Below are positions 9,746-18,975 of a stretch of 64,000 nucleotides of DNA, piece after piece; the first letter of the stretch is position 1, and every line of letters starts with the position of its first letter. The notes below the pieces were generated by a model. The model did not search any database. It worked only from the letters and a program-made list of their open reading frames with translations, and had not been told where the DNA came from. This DNA is from Opitutales bacterium (GTDB lineage Bacteria; Verrucomicrobiota; Verrucomicrobiia; Opitutales; Coraliomargaritaceae): contig JBLRWI010000004.1 in assembly GCA_047921335.1 (NCBI GenBank), positions 11,452 to 75,451 of the forward strand. The letters are read 5' to 3'. Made by a program: the position numbers and the translations under genes.

Positions 9746-10735
9746 TCAAGAAGGCGAAGCTGCTCGTCGTAAACGGTCATTGATGGCGATGCCGAGCCCT
9801 TCTTCTGGAGCTTCTTCGATAATTAGACTGGAGTAGGGCATCCTATCGAGTTTCTGGATTAAATCGAAGAAGTTTCTAGCAACGACCTCTAGCTCACCAT
9901 TTTCAGAAAGCCAGAAGACGTGTTCATCTTGAGAAATCGGCGGCTTCTTATTGGCAACGATGGCTTCCCCTTCTTTAAAGACAAAATCAAGCGCCCCGTG
10001 GGCTACAATTTTTATTTTAGTATGGGGACTGTAGTGTTTGCTGAGCTGTCCGGGTGATATTTGTGCTTGCTGGATAGATGCGGAAGCCTGGGCCGAAGTA
10101 ATTTTTTGACCGAGAGCTTCTTCGATCTGTCTAATTGAAATTGGACCGGGGCGGAGTATTTTGGGCAAGTGGGGATGGCGCAAATCGAGGACAGTCGATT
10201 CGATCCCGTGATGGCAAGGGCCGCCATCTAAAATGGCCGCAATGCTTCGCCCGAGGGTTTCAGCGACATGCTCGGGACGAGTCGGGCTGACATATCCGAA
10301 TGGATTTGCACTGGGTGCGGCCAGCGGGAAATCAATTTCCCGGAGTAGTGCCTGCATGAGCGGCTGGTTTGGGACTCGGATTGCCGCAGTGCTTAAGCCC
10401 GCTGTTACGAGGTCAGGAATTATGGGCCTTTTCTCCAAAACTAAAGTGAGTGGACCCGGCCAGAAAGCAGATGCCAGAGCTTCTGCAGGCTCTGAAGAGT
10501 GCACATGCGAAAAAGCGGATTCAGCACTTTTAAAATGGGTAATCAAGGGATCGATGAGCGGCCTACCCTTAACGCTGAATATTTTGCGAACGGCCTGCTC
10601 TGAAAGCGCATTAGCCGCTAGCCCGTAAACGGTCTCAGTTGGGACTGCGACCAATTCCCCCAGCTCCAAGAGCTTAGCGCATTTTTTAATGGAGTCTAAG
10701 CTGCTGTCCAAGATGAGCTTGCGTGGGGGCGTCAT
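9746..10735 (-). CDS. L-threonylcarbamoyladenylate synthase (Sua5/YrdC type, two-domain)
   Basis: YrdC-domain motifs VAVPTETVYGLAANA and SANPFG, followed by a Sua5 C-terminal domain. Trimmed to Met at 10735 (MTPPRKL). Confidence 0.85.
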   Translation of the reverse strand: MTPPRKLILDSSLDSIKKCAKLLELGELVAVPTETVYGLAANALSEQAVRKIFSVKGRPLIDPLITHFKSAESAFSHVHSSEPAEALASAFWPGPLTLVLEKRPIIPDLVTAGLSTAAIRVPNQPLMQALLREIDFPLAAPSANPFGYVSPTRPEHVAETLGRSIAAILDGGPCHHGIESTVLDLRHPHLPKILRPGPISIRQIEEALGQKITSAQASASIQQAQISPGQLSKHYSPHTKIKIVAHGALDFVFKEGEAIVANKKPPISQDEHVFWLSENGELEVVARNFFDLIQKLDRMPYSSLIIEEAPEEGLGIAINDRLRRAASPS

Positions 10736-10827
10736 GGCGATATAAAAAATCCCTCTCCGATGAAGAGAAGGATCGTAAAAGGCTATCTGCAATAGGTTTT
10801 ACCGCAAAAGAGTAAATGCACGTAAAA

Positions 10828-11025
10828 CTACTGCATTGTCAGCATGTTTCTCGCCTGCTTGATGCGATTAGTGATACGACGCTGATGCTTGGCGGAAAGC
10901 CCGGTGTCTTTGCGCGGTAGGATTTTCCCTGTTTCCGTTACGAAACGAGATAGCATCTCTACGTCGTTAAACGTGTAGTCCATCGGGTTGAGGGAACGCT
11001 TGGGTGTCTTGTTGTCTGCACTCAT
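10828..11025 (-). CDS. rpsR: 30S ribosomal protein S18
   Basis: The translation [48 protein letters not shown] matches the S18 core. Trimmed to Met at 11025. Confidence 0.9.
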   Translation of the reverse strand: MSADNKTPKRSLNPMDYTFNDVEMLSRFVTETGKILPRKDTGLSAKHQRRITNRIKQARNMLTMQ

Positions 11026-11165
11026 GAAGCGGCACAAAGTAGGGGCTTGCATTAGGTCTGCAAGACTTAAATTCATTCATTTTCAACAAAACTGTAGAAT
11101 TTTGCCCAGGCTAAATCGGCGCTTGAAGCAATAGGCCCGATAGCTAAACATAAACCAAGTTAATC

Positions 11166-11240
<75 letters not shown>

Positions 11241-11406
11241 TGTGCACGATGCGGATGAGTGTGAAATTCAGGCAGTTTCTTTTAGCTTCAAGGTTGTGCG
11301 AGCCGACTGCCGCGCCCCGGCTCTGCCCTGAGTCTAGGTAGGACTTGCCATCGCAAAGTCACCGCTTATCTGTATATCAGCTTATACGTCCTTTTTTTTA
11401 CTTCTT

Positions 11407-14034
11407 TTGACTAATTTGTTTTCTAAATTCTTTTTGACCTGTGCGCTTTTGCCGGGGCTGTGTTTGCTGCCGCTTAGCGTAGCTGCAGCATCGGCTCCAC
11501 TTGAATCTGGTACTAGTTATGTCGCTGGGGAGGTCGGCGCAGTGCGGTATGAGTGGAAGGTTCAAGCCGCTCAGATCGCTCTTCAATCGGGGTTGCCCGC
11601 GACAGCTGCGAGTATATATAGATCTATATTAGACGAGACAGGCCTGTCTGAGGGAAGTCGCACGAGTATCAAACTCGATTATGTTGCGGCCTTGATTGCC
11701 CAGATGCGCTATCGGAAAGCCGAGGAGGTCCTGGGTGATCTCCCTGTTCTTCATGAAAGCAATCGGCGCCGCCTTTACCGGGCGTGCGTCCTTTATGGTA
11801 AATCTGCCCGGCTTGACGCAGTGGCAGTCCGGGCGGAACTGTCAGATGTCGATCCTGCTGCCCTCAGCCCGGTTGATTTGCCTTGGTATTACTTGTTAAA
11901 AGGAATTTTGGCAGACGTGGAGGGTGAGTTGAGCCGTGCGGCAGATTTCTTTCAGCTCGCGGAGGAGAAAGCTGCCAGCTCGCTGCAATCGATTTTGTTT
12001 TCGAGTTTAATTTTTCGGCAGAAAATACTGAACTCTCAGGCAGACGGAAATCTCTTAGTGGAAATTCGAGAAAAGTATGAAGAATTACGGGGGCAGTCGG
12101 TCGCGTTGCCGTTTTTGATCGAGTATGTTGTTCTGCTGCATGGCTTGGGGCGTGATGCAGAGGCGATTCGTGTGTTGGAGGAGGGTATCGCCAGCGTGGA
12201 CCTGGCTAAGCTCGGAGAAAAGCGAGGGAGATTATTATTGTTAAAAAGTCTTATTCTTGGACCTGAGTCCCAGGCGGGATGGGCGACATTGGAAGAACTG
12301 GTTCGATCCGGCATTAATTCCGAAACCACTGTGATGGCCCTGCAGTTGATGGCTTCCGTGTCGGAGGGCGAGGCATACTTGATGGCGCTGCTCAACGAAG
12401 TTATTAATTGGGCTGAGCCGCATCCTCTGCTCCCGCAGTTTTACTACCTGCGCTCTCAGCTTGCCTTGGCTAATCCGGAGACCACCGCGCAGGCTGAGGC
12501 GGATGCGCGTTTTTTGCTGGAGCAGTATCCGGGGCTTTCCGAAATCGACAGCGTTTACAGGCTGTTGGCGTATGCGGCCATCCAAGGTAATCCTCCCAGG
12601 TATCGGATGGCGGCTGACTATTTGTTGGAGCTGCGCGAGCGTACGAGCGCACCTGAACTTATTGCTCAGCTCAACCGTTTGATTGGAGATTGCTACTTTT
12701 TGAATCGGGATTACGCAAATGCGACTGACTTTTATGAATCCGCAAATATCGGGTCCGCTCAGGGGAAAGCCTGGCCGAACGTGCTCCTTCGCTTAATGGT
12801 CTCTCAAATTCGGGCCGGTAAGCTGGAAGCCGCTCTGGCTCAAATCGAGGGGGCAGATCTGGAGGGCGGAATGGCTGCGGAGGATCGCTGGCGCATCGAG
12901 TGGAGTATTGCCCTGGCGCTTCGGGCAGATGGTCAAGCTGATCGCGCCCTGGAGCGTTTGCGCACGCTGATCGGTCGGGCCAGTTCTTCCATCCCAACTT
13001 CGCTGGATTTGCAGCTTCGCTGGTTGGAGGCCCATATTAGCCTGCAAGTCGGCGACAGTCTTGGCATCGCAGATAAACTGGATGCCCTGCTCACGCGGAT
13101 CGATTCGATGCCCGAAGAGGCCCTCGATCAGGAAGAAGGCTCACGGCTGAAGGCGGAATTGTTACTCCTTCAGTCGGAGGCCATGTTTGCGCAGAGTCAG
13201 ATCGAATCGGCCTTTAGAGTTATCGCGAAAATTCGCGAGAAATTCAGTCGGGAAATAGCGGCTCAAAGAACTTATTTTACCGAGGCGGCCTATCATGCCT
13301 CGGTGGGCGACTTTGGTGCCGCCAAGCAGATTCTAGTCTTATTTGCCCAGGACTATCCCACCAGCGAGATGGTGCCGCAGGCACTATTTGAGGCGGCATT
13401 GCATGCCCAAAAGCAGGGGGCGGAGCAATATGGTGAAGCCGTGGTGCTGCTGGATCGTTTGGTTCAGGGGCATCCGGAGAGTGATCTGGTCTATTACGCG
13501 GGTTTAAAACAGGGTGACTTGCTTCGCCTAATGAATAATTTTGCCGGGGCACAGCTGATCTATGAGAACTTGATTAACCGCTTTCCCGCACATCGGCTGC
13601 GCTATGCTGCGGAACTTTCGCGGGCCGATTGCATCGCGGCGCTCGCTCAGGATGGCGGCGGACAGATTGTCGAAGCGCTCTCAATTTTAGAACGCTTGCT
13701 GGATCAGTCCGACCTCCCCGTGGAGGTCCAGATTGAGGCCGGCTACAAGTGGGGCCGTATTCTGGCCAGAAGAGGGGAGTCCTCTGAGGCCAAGACTGTT
13801 TTAGGCTTGGTTGTAAGTCGCTATCTTTTTGATGCGGGAAATGCGCCCGTGCTCTCCTCGGTTGGTCGTTATTGGCTTTCCCGTTCGATTTTTTCACTTT
13901 GCGATTTACTGGAGGCCGAGGGGGAGTTGGCCGAGGCCGAGAGATTGTATCGGAAGTTAGTGGCCTTTAATCTCCCGGGAAGAAGTTTTGCGCTTTCCCG
14001 TATCGGTCAATTACAGCCAGGTGGTAAACTTTAG
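11407..14034 (+). CDS. Large secreted TPR-like repeat protein
   Basis: 875-aa ORF with a TTG start and signal peptide (FFLTCALLPGLCLLPLSVAAASA). All-helical repeat composition with TPR-like A/L/Y/G spacing. Directly precedes exbB-exbD. Confidence 0.7.
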   Translation: MTNLFSKFFLTCALLPGLCLLPLSVAAASAPLESGTSYVAGEVGAVRYEWKVQAAQIALQSGLPATAASIYRSILDETGLSEGSRTSIKLDYVAALIAQMRYRKAEEVLGDLPVLHESNRRRLYRACVLYGKSARLDAVAVRAELSDVDPAALSPVDLPWYYLLKGILADVEGELSRAADFFQLAEEKAASSLQSILFSSLIFRQKILNSQADGNLLVEIREKYEELRGQSVALPFLIEYVVLLHGLGRDAEAIRVLEEGIASVDLAKLGEKRGRLLLLKSLILGPESQAGWATLEELVRSGINSETTVMALQLMASVSEGEAYLMALLNEVINWAEPHPLLPQFYYLRSQLALANPETTAQAEADARFLLEQYPGLSEIDSVYRLLAYAAIQGNPPRYRMAADYLLELRERTSAPELIAQLNRLIGDCYFLNRDYANATDFYESANIGSAQGKAWPNVLLRLMVSQIRAGKLEAALAQIEGADLEGGMAAEDRWRIEWSIALALRADGQADRALERLRTLIGRASSSIPTSLDLQLRWLEAHISLQVGDSLGIADKLDALLTRIDSMPEEALDQEEGSRLKAELLLLQSEAMFAQSQIESAFRVIAKIREKFSREIAAQRTYFTEAAYHASVGDFGAAKQILVLFAQDYPTSEMVPQALFEAALHAQKQGAEQYGEAVVLLDRLVQGHPESDLVYYAGLKQGDLLRLMNNFAGAQLIYENLINRFPAHRLRYAAELSRADCIAALAQDGGGQIVEALSILERLLDQSDLPVEVQIEAGYKWGRILARRGESSEAKTVLGLVVSRYLFDAGNAPVLSSVGRYWLSRSIFSLCDLLEAEGELAEAERLYRKLVAFNLPGRSFALSRIGQLQPGGKL

Positions 14035-14057
14035 ACATTTAGAATTAGCGAAAATTT

Positions 14058-14717
14058 ATGGAATATTTAGGGCATAATTTTATACTTCAGGGCGGTCCGG
14101 TGATGTACCCTTTGCTGGTCGTCAGCATCATCGGTTTTGTCATTTTTATCGAACGCACTCTTTTCCTACATAAGGGGCAGATCGGGACGGAGGATTTTCT
14201 GGGAGGCATTAAGAATCTGGTGCGCAAGCGTCGCTTGGTTGAGGCACTGGCCCTTTGCGAGGACACCCCGGGCCCCCTGGCCCGGATTGTGAAATCGGCC
14301 TTGCTGCACTACAGCGAGTCTAAGGAGGTGATCCGCTCGGCGATCGAAGGTGCTGCGATTATCGAGATTCCGGTGTTGGAGAGGAGAGTCGGCACGCTGG
14401 CGACCTTGGCTCGTGTGGCCCCGATGCTGGGTTTTCTCGGCACCTTGATTTCCACCCTGCAAGCCTTGTATTTTTTAGAAGCGGCCAATGCCGATAGTGG
14501 GGAGTTTAGCCGTCTTCTGGCTGAAGCGCTGATTACTTCCGCAAGTGGTCTGGCCATCGGTGTGATGGCGGTTTTGGCTCACCACTTTCTCTTGGGCCGC
14601 GTCCGCGCCCTGGTGCATGATTTCGAATGGGTCGGACACGAAATCTTCGAATTTTTGGTCACAGATCGTGAGTCCATCCCTTCCTCTATTACAGTTCAAC
14701 CGGTTGAAGAGAAATGA
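14058..14717 (+). CDS. exbB: MotA/TolQ/ExbB proton-channel family protein
   Basis: Three TM segments. The conserved C-terminal half (LATLARVAPMLGFLGTLISTL ... ALITSASGLAIGV) is typical of ExbB/TolQ. Confidence 0.85.
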   Translation: MEYLGHNFILQGGPVMYPLLVVSIIGFVIFIERTLFLHKGQIGTEDFLGGIKNLVRKRRLVEALALCEDTPGPLARIVKSALLHYSESKEVIRSAIEGAAIIEIPVLERRVGTLATLARVAPMLGFLGTLISTLQALYFLEAANADSGEFSRLLAEALITSASGLAIGVMAVLAHHFLLGRVRALVHDFEWVGHEIFEFLVTDRESIPSSITVQPVEEK

Positions 14718-15229
14718 GTTTGCTTAAACAGGAATCTTCCCGGCAGAGCGTTTCCTTTGTGCAGCCGTTCGCATTTAGGGAGCGTCTTCGCCAGGCAGAT
14801 ACGCGTATCGATTTTATTCCGGTGTTGGATATGATCGTGATCGCGATGCTTGTGAGTTTATTATTTACTCGATTTGTCAGCCTTCCCGGGATTCGGGTTG
14901 ATCTGCCGACGACGGAAATGCGGATGCAGCATTCCGCTCAGACGGTTGCGGTTTTAACCATCGGGAATAATGGTATGTTTTTTTTCGATGGTGCGGTCGT
15001 TAATACCGGCACGATCGAAGCTGGGTTTAGGCATTATATTCAGAGCACGGATCGGGAAACCAAGGTTCTTTTAATTAAGGCGAATGGTGTCATGCCGATG
15101 CAGGATTTTCTGCATCTTTGTGAGATCGCCAAAGCGGCAGGTTTCGACCAAGTGCAATTGGCCGCTAAGAAGAAAGACGATTTTGAGCCCTTGTTGCCGA
15201 CCAGTGAGTCTGGAATCGTCCTGCCTTAG
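14714..15229 (+). CDS. exbD: Biopolymer transporter ExbD/TolR
   Basis: Single N-terminal TM (IDFIPVLDMIVIAMLVSLLF) and a periplasmic ExbD-like domain. ATGA overlap with exbB. Confidence 0.8.
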   Translation: MSLLKQESSRQSVSFVQPFAFRERLRQADTRIDFIPVLDMIVIAMLVSLLFTRFVSLPGIRVDLPTTEMRMQHSAQTVAVLTIGNNGMFFFDGAVVNTGTIEAGFRHYIQSTDRETKVLLIKANGVMPMQDFLHLCEIAKAAGFDQVQLAAKKKDDFEPLLPTSESGIVLP

Positions 15230-15253
15230 CGGGGTTCGTTTGGTATTTTCATC

Positions 15254-16027
15254 ATGCGTGAAAAAAAGGCAGATTCTCTCCAAGCTGGGCGTGCGCGGCA
15301 TCTTTCTCCGCTGCTCCAGGCGGCCTTGGTGCTTGGCCTATTAGTGCATGCGCTGGGTTTTCTGATCATCAGAATTGCATCAGATCCATTGCCGGCTCGT
15401 GAGGAAAACCCTGCTTTTATTACCTTAGTTTCTACTGAGGGGCAAGAGGACGCGGCGGAACTCGTCGAACAGGCCAGCTTGTTTGATTCCGCGCCCTTGT
15501 TTATTCCGGGAGAGTGGAGTTCCGCCGCCCAGGTATTCTCGGCCAGGACCGAGCGGGATTGGCGTAGCTTTCCAAGTTTTGAGCCCGAGCTTGAGTTGAA
15601 GGATGAAATCAGGCTGTCTCGCCTCTCCCTTGCTCAAAGGAGTGATCTGGAGCGGCCCTCGGATCTGCTTAATTGGCGCTTTTGGGATCTTTTTGCTGCC
15701 TTTGGAGAAAAGGAATCCAGCGTGGAGGCTTTCGAGTCGGCCGGGTCGATTGCGAGTGTGACGATCCTTAGCGGGAATGCAGTGTATCCCCCGGAGTATA
15801 ATCTCCGGATGGCGGTCGATTTACCGGTAGATGAGGCCTTCTTCGCGGCGCAACCGCTCGTCCTCACTTTGAATTTGTCGGCACCGGGCCTTCCGATGGG
15901 GGCTCCTTTGGTGGAGCAGTCCTCCGGTTCAGAGGCTCTCGATGCGAGGCTTTTGGAGTGGTTGAGGCGGCCAGCGACACTGGCGCAATTGCCCGCCGGG
16001 TTTCTTGAGCTACGTGTTTACCCATAG
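15254..16027 (+). CDS. Membrane-anchored TonB-like protein (atypical, no Pro-rich spacer)
   Basis: One N-terminal TM (LLQAALVLGLLVHALGFLII). The C-terminal segment VEQSSGSEALDARLLEWLRR resembles the TonB_C SSG..LD..A motif. Sits right after exbBD. The function call rests on weak similarity plus context. Confidence 0.5.
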   Translation: MREKKADSLQAGRARHLSPLLQAALVLGLLVHALGFLIIRIASDPLPAREENPAFITLVSTEGQEDAAELVEQASLFDSAPLFIPGEWSSAAQVFSARTERDWRSFPSFEPELELKDEIRLSRLSLAQRSDLERPSDLLNWRFWDLFAAFGEKESSVEAFESAGSIASVTILSGNAVYPPEYNLRMAVDLPVDEAFFAAQPLVLTLNLSAPGLPMGAPLVEQSSGSEALDARLLEWLRRPATLAQLPAGFLELRVYP

Positions 16028-16065
16028 CGGAGCCTTTAAAAGTTATTTTTTTACCCTACAAGCGC

Positions 16066-16554
16066 ATGATGGAGAAAAACGACGATCAGTGGAATTCGGC
16101 ACTTAATGATTTGGAAAAGCTGACCCAAGCCTGGCCGGACCGGCCCAGTTGGGATGTTTATTTTATGGCTACGGCCATGTTGATGGCGACCCGCTCCAGT
16201 TGCGAGCGCTTGCATGTCGGCTGTGTGATCGTGTCCGGGGGCAGTCAGAAGAATCGGATCATCGCGGCGGGCTACAATGGTTTCTTGCCCGGGGCGCCCC
16301 ATGTCTCGCGGGTTCGGGAGGGGCACGAGCAGGCGACGGTTCACGCGGAGCAAAACGCGGTCAGCGATGCGGCGCGGCGCGGCGTTTCCCTGGAGGGCGC
16401 TACGGTTTACATCACGCACTTTCCTTGTATCAATTGCGCGAAGATCCTGGCGGCAGCGGGAATCCGCTGCATCAAATACCATCACGATTACCGGAACGAC
16501 GAACTTGTTAAAGAAATCCTGGCAGAGAGCGGCATCAATATGGAGCATCTCTAA
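16066..16554 (+). CDS. Deoxycytidylate (dCMP) deaminase
   Basis: Zinc-deaminase motifs HAEQNA and PCINCAK. Length (162 aa) and sequence resemble ComEB/dCMP deaminases. Confidence 0.85.
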   Translation: MMEKNDDQWNSALNDLEKLTQAWPDRPSWDVYFMATAMLMATRSSCERLHVGCVIVSGGSQKNRIIAAGYNGFLPGAPHVSRVREGHEQATVHAEQNAVSDAARRGVSLEGATVYITHFPCINCAKILAAAGIRCIKYHHDYRNDELVKEILAESGINMEHL

Positions 16555-16596
16555 ATACCCGGCATGCGCTCGATTTTTTTTGCTTTGCCATTGACA

Positions 16597-16619
16597 GGGC
16601 ATCAAGTGCCCCCTTTTTT
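16597..16619 (+). terminator. Weak intrinsic terminator after the dCMP deaminase gene
   Basis: GGGCA-tcaag-TGCCC hairpin followed by CCTTTTTT. Confidence 0.45.
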
Positions 16620-16643
16620 CTCCAATTCTCTCAATTTCCCGCT

Positions 16644-16769
16644 ATGAAAGTTGTCTCATCACTCAAGTCTCTCAAAGATCGCCACCCGGATTGCCAAGTT
16701 GTGCGCCGGAAAGGTCGTGTCTATGTCATTTGCAAAACCAACCCGCGTTTCAAAGCGCGCCAGGGTTAA
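16644..16769 (+). CDS. rpmJ: 50S ribosomal protein L36, zinc-independent (YkgO-type) form
   Basis: Hand translation: [41 protein letters not shown] (41 aa). Closely resembles E. coli YkgO and lacks the CxxC...CxxxxH zinc ribbon. Below the ORF-track length cut-off. Confidence 0.85.
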   Translation: MKVVSSLKSLKDRHPDCQVVRRKGRVYVICKTNPRFKARQG

Positions 16770-16788
16770 TTAACCAATAGGAATATCC

Positions 16789-17034
16789 GTGAAAGCTGAA
16801 ATACATCCCAAGCTCAACCCGGTCGCGTTTGTCGACGTTTCCACCGGGCACAAATTTCTCACCCGGTCCAGTATGCGTGGTAGCAAGACCGAGGTCATTG
16901 ACGGTGTGGAGCATCAAGTTGTGATCTGCGATATCACGGCTGATTCGCACCCTGCCTACACAGGTGAAAAGCGCTTCGTGGACACCGCCGGTCGCGTGGA
17001 GAAGTTCCAGTCGAAGTTTCGCCGCCGCCGCTAA
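16789..17034 (+). CDS. rpmE: 50S ribosomal protein L31, type B (zinc-independent)
   Basis: MKAEIHPKLNPV ... HPAYTGEKRFVDTAGRVEKFQSKF is the L31 core without the CxxC pairs. GTG start. Confidence 0.9.
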   Translation: MKAEIHPKLNPVAFVDVSTGHKFLTRSSMRGSKTEVIDGVEHQVVICDITADSHPAYTGEKRFVDTAGRVEKFQSKFRRRR

Positions 17035-17058
17035 ACGCTTTAGCGCTAAATTTTTTAA

Positions 17059-17087
17059 GGCCCACTCCAGCGAGTGGGCCTTTTTTT
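17059..17087 (+). terminator. Rho-independent terminator of rpmJ-rpmE
   Basis: GGCCCACTC-cagc-GAGTGGGCC (9-bp stem) followed by TTTTTTT. Confidence 0.8.
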
Positions 17088-17137
17088 ATCTAGTGCAAGC
17101 ATGCTAGCGGAGCTTCAAATAATTTTTTTCTTATTTT

Positions 17138-17215
17138 GTAGCGGATCGACGATAGTCGTTCCGTTCGGCAGGCCTGTTGATCCAAGAATCGGAATGACTA
17201 TCGTCATCCCGCTAC
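17138..17215. repeat. Imperfect 26-nt inverted repeat, a pair of GTAG-headed units (REP-pair-like)
   Basis: GTAGCGGATCGACGATAGTCGTTCCG on + faces GTAGCGGGATGACGATAGTCATTCCG on -, 26 nt apart. The arm CGACGATAGTCGTT recurs at 59641. Confidence 0.7.
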
Positions 17216-17253
17216 AGTGTGCTGATTTTTGTAAAAACTTATTTGATCTTCCA

Positions 17254-18975
17254 CTAGCGAAAAGTCAGGCCGAGCAGAAGTGTCGCGAACACGATGAGGG
17301 GCGGCAGGAGAAAGCGGATGAGCGGACGATTCCGAAAGCTGGAGTTAAGAATCGTAGTGCCATAAGCGAGGATACCCAAATAGCTGAGGAGCTTCGGGAA
17401 TTGAGGGCAGTCGATCGTGGCCCACGGGAGGGCTACATTAAAGCGCACGATCTCATCCATCAGGCTGATGCCTAACCAGGCGGCATGGTTGATGAAAGAG
17501 GCGACTCCCTCCATACCCATGCTGGCGAGAGTCAGTGTAATCGCGCCACTGCTGATCACGAGTGCGGCTAGGTTGACCAGGAGGATGTTTACCAAAATGG
17601 CATAGGGGGCGATAAATCCGAAAAAGCCCGCGCTTAGAGGGGCACTGGCCAACCAGGCCGAGAAGCTGATGATGAAGAGGAGTAGGAATTTATCGATCAG
17701 CCAGAATTTGCCTCGTTGGTAGGCGGACCAGTCGGCTTCGGGTAAAAATTGGCTGGGCTGTAAGAGTGGGCTGAGCTTTTCGCGCAAGGGGAGGCCGTAA
17801 AGGATGATGCTGAGCACCACGAGGTAGGATAACTGAAAGCCCATCTGCCAGAGTTGCATTGGCTGAATCAGCAGCACCAGCACAGCCGATGCGGCGAGCG
17901 CGGGCAGTGGTGCACGCTGGCGCTGCACCGCTAGGCTCGCCCAGAAGAAGGCGACCATAAGAAAAGCGCGCACCGCAGATGGAGCCGCGCCGGTGACTTC
18001 CACGTAAAAATAGAGTAGCGGTAGCCCGAAGTAGGGCGTAATTTTGGGTGGGACCCGGCAGAGCAGGAGCATTTGCCAAATCACGGTGGCAATCACGCCG
18101 ATGTGCAGCCCGCTAATGGCAAAGAGGTGCATGGTGCCAGTCATCTTAAACCGATTTTTTTGTTCGGGGCTTAACTCGGATTTTTTCCCGAGTAGCATGG
18201 CGATGTAAATTTGGCTGAGCTGGCTAGCTTCGGGTTCGCCGAGGCGGAGATAAGACTGGAATTTTAAATTTGTCCGGTGGCACAGTTTCTTGAAGGCGGA
18301 AGCGGGGCGTGTCACCTGTGCCTGGCTGGTCTGGGCGAATGTATAGTGAATGCCGGTTTCTTGCAGATAGGCCTCAAAGGAATCGGGCGACACCTCCGAC
18401 GGGATAGGGTGGAGCACTCCAGTCGCCTCTACTGTTAAGCCGCGCATGAGCTCGAGTTTTTCAGTATCTTCTCTGGAAAACCTGAAAAAGACCTGGCTGT
18501 TTGCCTGCAGCCGACTCGTTTCGCTCGCTGCGAGCACCCGGGCAACTCCGGTCGCTTTGCCAAAGCGGTTTTCCGCTTGCATGATCCGTTGAATTTTAAG
18601 CTCCAGGACGGCCTCCCGGGGTGGTATGTCGAGTCGTTCCGGAGCGGGCTGGGAGGGTAGCCGAGCGCTGCCATAGGCCCAGAATCCGAGCACTGCGCTT
18701 GAGATGAAGACGAGTGACCACAAGCTGGTTTTGTTCCAGCCCGCCAGTCGCCAGGCGAGAAAGGCGAGAGCCAGCGCAGCGAAAAAAATCCAAGGGCCGA
18801 CGGGAGTCATTCGGGCCAGCAGGAGCCCCGGGATGATTCCGGCCAGGAGAAAGAGCGCGGGTGCGCGCTGGGGAAATTGCGTTCTGGAATCCACGTCGTC
18901 GAGCCTACGCGGGCACGTTAGCCCCGTGTGCTTCGTTCTTGCAAGGTATTTGCACAAATCCGAGTATTCTGCCAT
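17254..18975 (-). CDS. comEC: ComEC/Rec2 family competence protein (no metallo-beta-lactamase domain)
   Basis: Polytopic membrane protein with a DUF4131-like N-terminal region and the Competence-domain core (GTMHLFAISGLHIG, GAAPSAVRA). It ends after the TM domain at 573 aa. Confidence 0.8.
   Translation of the reverse strand: MAEYSDLCKYLARTKHTGLTCPRRLDDVDSRTQFPQRAPALFLLAGIIPGLLLARMTPVGPWIFFAALALAFLAWRLAGWNKTSLWSLVFISSAVLGFWAYGSARLPSQPAPERLDIPPREAVLELKIQRIMQAENRFGKATGVARVLAASETSRLQANSQVFFRFSREDTEKLELMRGLTVEATGVLHPIPSEVSPDSFEAYLQETGIHYTFAQTSQAQVTRPASAFKKLCHRTNLKFQSYLRLGEPEASQLSQIYIAMLLGKKSELSPEQKNRFKMTGTMHLFAISGLHIGVIATVIWQMLLLCRVPPKITPYFGLPLLYFYVEVTGAAPSAVRAFLMVAFFWASLAVQRQRAPLPALAASAVLVLLIQPMQLWQMGFQLSYLVVLSIILYGLPLREKLSPLLQPSQFLPEADWSAYQRGKFWLIDKFLLLFIISFSAWLASAPLSAGFFGFIAPYAILVNILLVNLAALVISSGAITLTLASMGMEGVASFINHAAWLGISLMDEIVRFNVALPWATIDCPQFPKLLSYLGILAYGTTILNSSFRNRPLIRFLLPPLIVFATLLLGLTFR

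Noticed and set aside
16051-16605. 184-aa ORF antisense to the dCMP deaminase gene, plus two same-strand out-of-frame ORFs
   Set aside because: Only the 16066..16554 frame contains the HAE/PCxxC zinc-deaminase motifs.
16555-16643. Zur box or other operator upstream of rpmJ-rpmE
   Set aside because: No AT-rich palindrome is visible. Only a weak terminator hairpin and a TTGACA hexamer are present. This cannot be decided without a matrix scan.
17074-17475. 133-aa plus-strand ORF after rpmE
   Set aside because: It begins inside the terminator and repeat pair, and then runs antisense to the comEC 3' end. It has no motif or sensible composition.
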